DNA of 64,000 nucleotides from Amoebophrya sp. A120 (lineage: Eukaryota; Protista; Dinoflagellata), in contig CAJINV010000002.1 in NCBI GenBank assembly GCA_905178155.1, positions 1,091,809 to 1,155,808 of the forward strand, in the 5' to 3' direction. Of the stretch, positions 62,801-64,000 are shown piece by piece. Position 1 is the first letter of the stretch, and each line of letters starts with the position of its first letter. Under the pieces are notes generated by a model that saw only the letters and a program-made list of their open reading frames with translations, was not told where the DNA came from and did not search any database. A program made the translations under genes and the position numbers.

Positions 62801-63044
62801 AATCTTGCATATACAGATCTCTCTCCTATAGGCAAATCAACATGACAAACAAAATGTGTCTCAGCTTCCTGCGAAAATAAAAATTTGTGATGCAATTTGT
62901 ACTAAAGTACGATGCTTTTGTAAAAATGCATAGGGTTCCCTTTTCGGAGAGGTAGGTTACCGCAGCGCCGACTTTTGTTTGGTTCTTCGGTGGATCCGGG
63001 ATCGGATCGGTTATCTCGGCTGGCCCGCTGCTGGAGTCCGCCAT
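59870..63044 (-). CDS. GOLD-domain protein with Lys/Glu-rich helical N-terminus
   Basis: Spliced C-terminus AEELSVSAR..LMRWSFRVKDFDIGFGV..EDVLPVERY..IEGSWVADEDRTMVLVFDNTYSR(L/F)RSKNVAF matches the GOLD pattern. Six elements plus GT-AG introns. Confidence 0.85.
59950..60328. mobile_element. Introner, family J (TIR GTGGTMGTTTTGAGTCAAA)
   Basis: DR lost, but element+5 nt restores GOLD motif DNTYSR(L/F)RSK. Confidence 0.8.
60604..60874. mobile_element. Degenerate introner, family B-like
   Basis: Left TIR remnant gggtctggaa, TAT..ATA ends; frame restored. Confidence 0.65.
61267..61458. mobile_element. Introner, family A (diverged)
   Basis: DR cgtct/cgttt; frame restored. Confidence 0.8.
61486..61806. 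mobile_element. Introner, family K (TIR AAGGAAAAATCCCCCCTCYCCATATC)
   Basis: DR tccct/tccct; frame restored. Confidence 0.9.
62229..62463. mobile_element. Introner, family C
   Basis: DR cttct/ctcct; frame restored. Confidence 0.9.
62765..62932. mobile_element. Introner, family A
   Basis: TIRs clear, DR diverged; element+5 nt restores GT|QIVDK. Confidence 0.8.
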
Positions 63045-64000
63045 TTTGAGCGAATTCTGCTCGTCTCGGTAGCACAACGAACTACTGGCTGCTCTACTAG
63101 CTACGTTGTCTCTTTGTCTTTGTCTTTGCGTGCAGCAAGATTGTTTTTCTAGGTTGTACTCCAGGAATAAATCAAGTGGAAAAAGTTGTGGCCAAAATTT
63201 GTTTTATCGGGTCGTCGAACTACTACAGGTCCTGAGTTCTTGTAAGCAAAAGAAAATCGCTCATCGGTCCACGCCAATCAAATTCCAGGAACAACAGGTG
63301 GAGGTCCGATATTTCTAGTACAGCACGACCGTGTGAATAAAGATAAACATCATCCTGCTCCGTACTAGTGTAGTGGACTACAACTTCTGTACTTCCGCAC
63401 AGGAGGCGAAGGAGGGGGTGATGCGACTCAATCTCAACTACCAGGGCTTCCTGCTGTTCTGCTCTATTCTATTCTGTTTCCTATCTTTTTCTTTCGCTCT
63501 GTCTTTGTCTCATCTCTAGTACGCGCTCGTCCCTCTCTCTCTGTCTCTCGGCTTCGGTTTTCCTCTTTTAATTATTCGGGATGCCTTACTTGCTTGTAAA
63601 AGTAGTTTTTCTGTCTTTGCGAGAAGCACTGAATTACCTTGCATAGCGGAGGACAGAACAAAGATTATGGCGTGAAAATAGGTATTCGTATTGTATTCAG
63701 GAGGCGAAAGTTAGTTGTGAAACAACATCTTATCGCACTAAAAAAATCGATCATACTCATATTTGGCCGAATTCAAGACACAAAAAATGCTACTTTTTTG
63801 AAAAAAGCCTGCGCTTTTTTAACAAAAATCCTGTATTTCGGCAGCGATTTTTCTTTTTCGGCGGAAAATTTGCATGGCTTGGAGGTAAGGCCTGGAGCAT
63901 TCTGCTTGGGCGGCAACGTTGCTGAGCTCTGGACTGGCTGCCTGTAGTAGTTCAACTAGCTACGAGGAGGCGACTGGCGCGGATATGTCGCCCGCGACAA

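Noticed and set aside
99-63955. The many short plus-strand ORFs in the track
   Set aside because: They are antisense shadows of minus-strand exons or run through elements, and none has a recognisable domain.

Overview
Eukaryotic genomic DNA, most likely from the parasitic dinoflagellate Amoebophrya (Syndiniales) or a relative. That assignment is inferred from gene architecture only. About 11 protein-coding genes can be rebuilt by hand, and all lie on the minus strand. Their reading frames are interrupted by about 50 short (105-380 bp) MITE-like elements from roughly 10 unrelated sequence families. Most share the layout [5-bp direct repeat]-TAT...terminal inverted repeats...ATA-[5-bp direct repeat]. 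Removing an element plus one repeat copy restored the frame in every case I checked, except 6548-6715, which needs 6 extra nt removed. They are therefore non-canonical (non GT-AG) introner-type introns. They occur in both orientations, all carry a TGT[C/A/G]ATGC motif, and coexist with ordinary GT-AG introns. Rebuilt genes: an apparent in-frame fusion of TFIIH p44 (Ssl1) and p34 (Tfb4), a class I SAM methyltransferase, a signal-peptide RING-like protein, an NWE-motif SPAG8-like axonemal protein, a coiled-coil protein, a GOLD-domain protein and several low-complexity proteins. Other structure: a 1046-bp intragenic tandem duplication that can be spliced out in frame, a palindromic minisatellite, a perfect 39-bp inverted repeat, and a 35-bp hairpin direct repeat around a decayed plus-strand segment. 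No transposase, rRNA, tRNA or CRISPR array is supported. Coordinates and translations were read by eye and may be off by a few bases.
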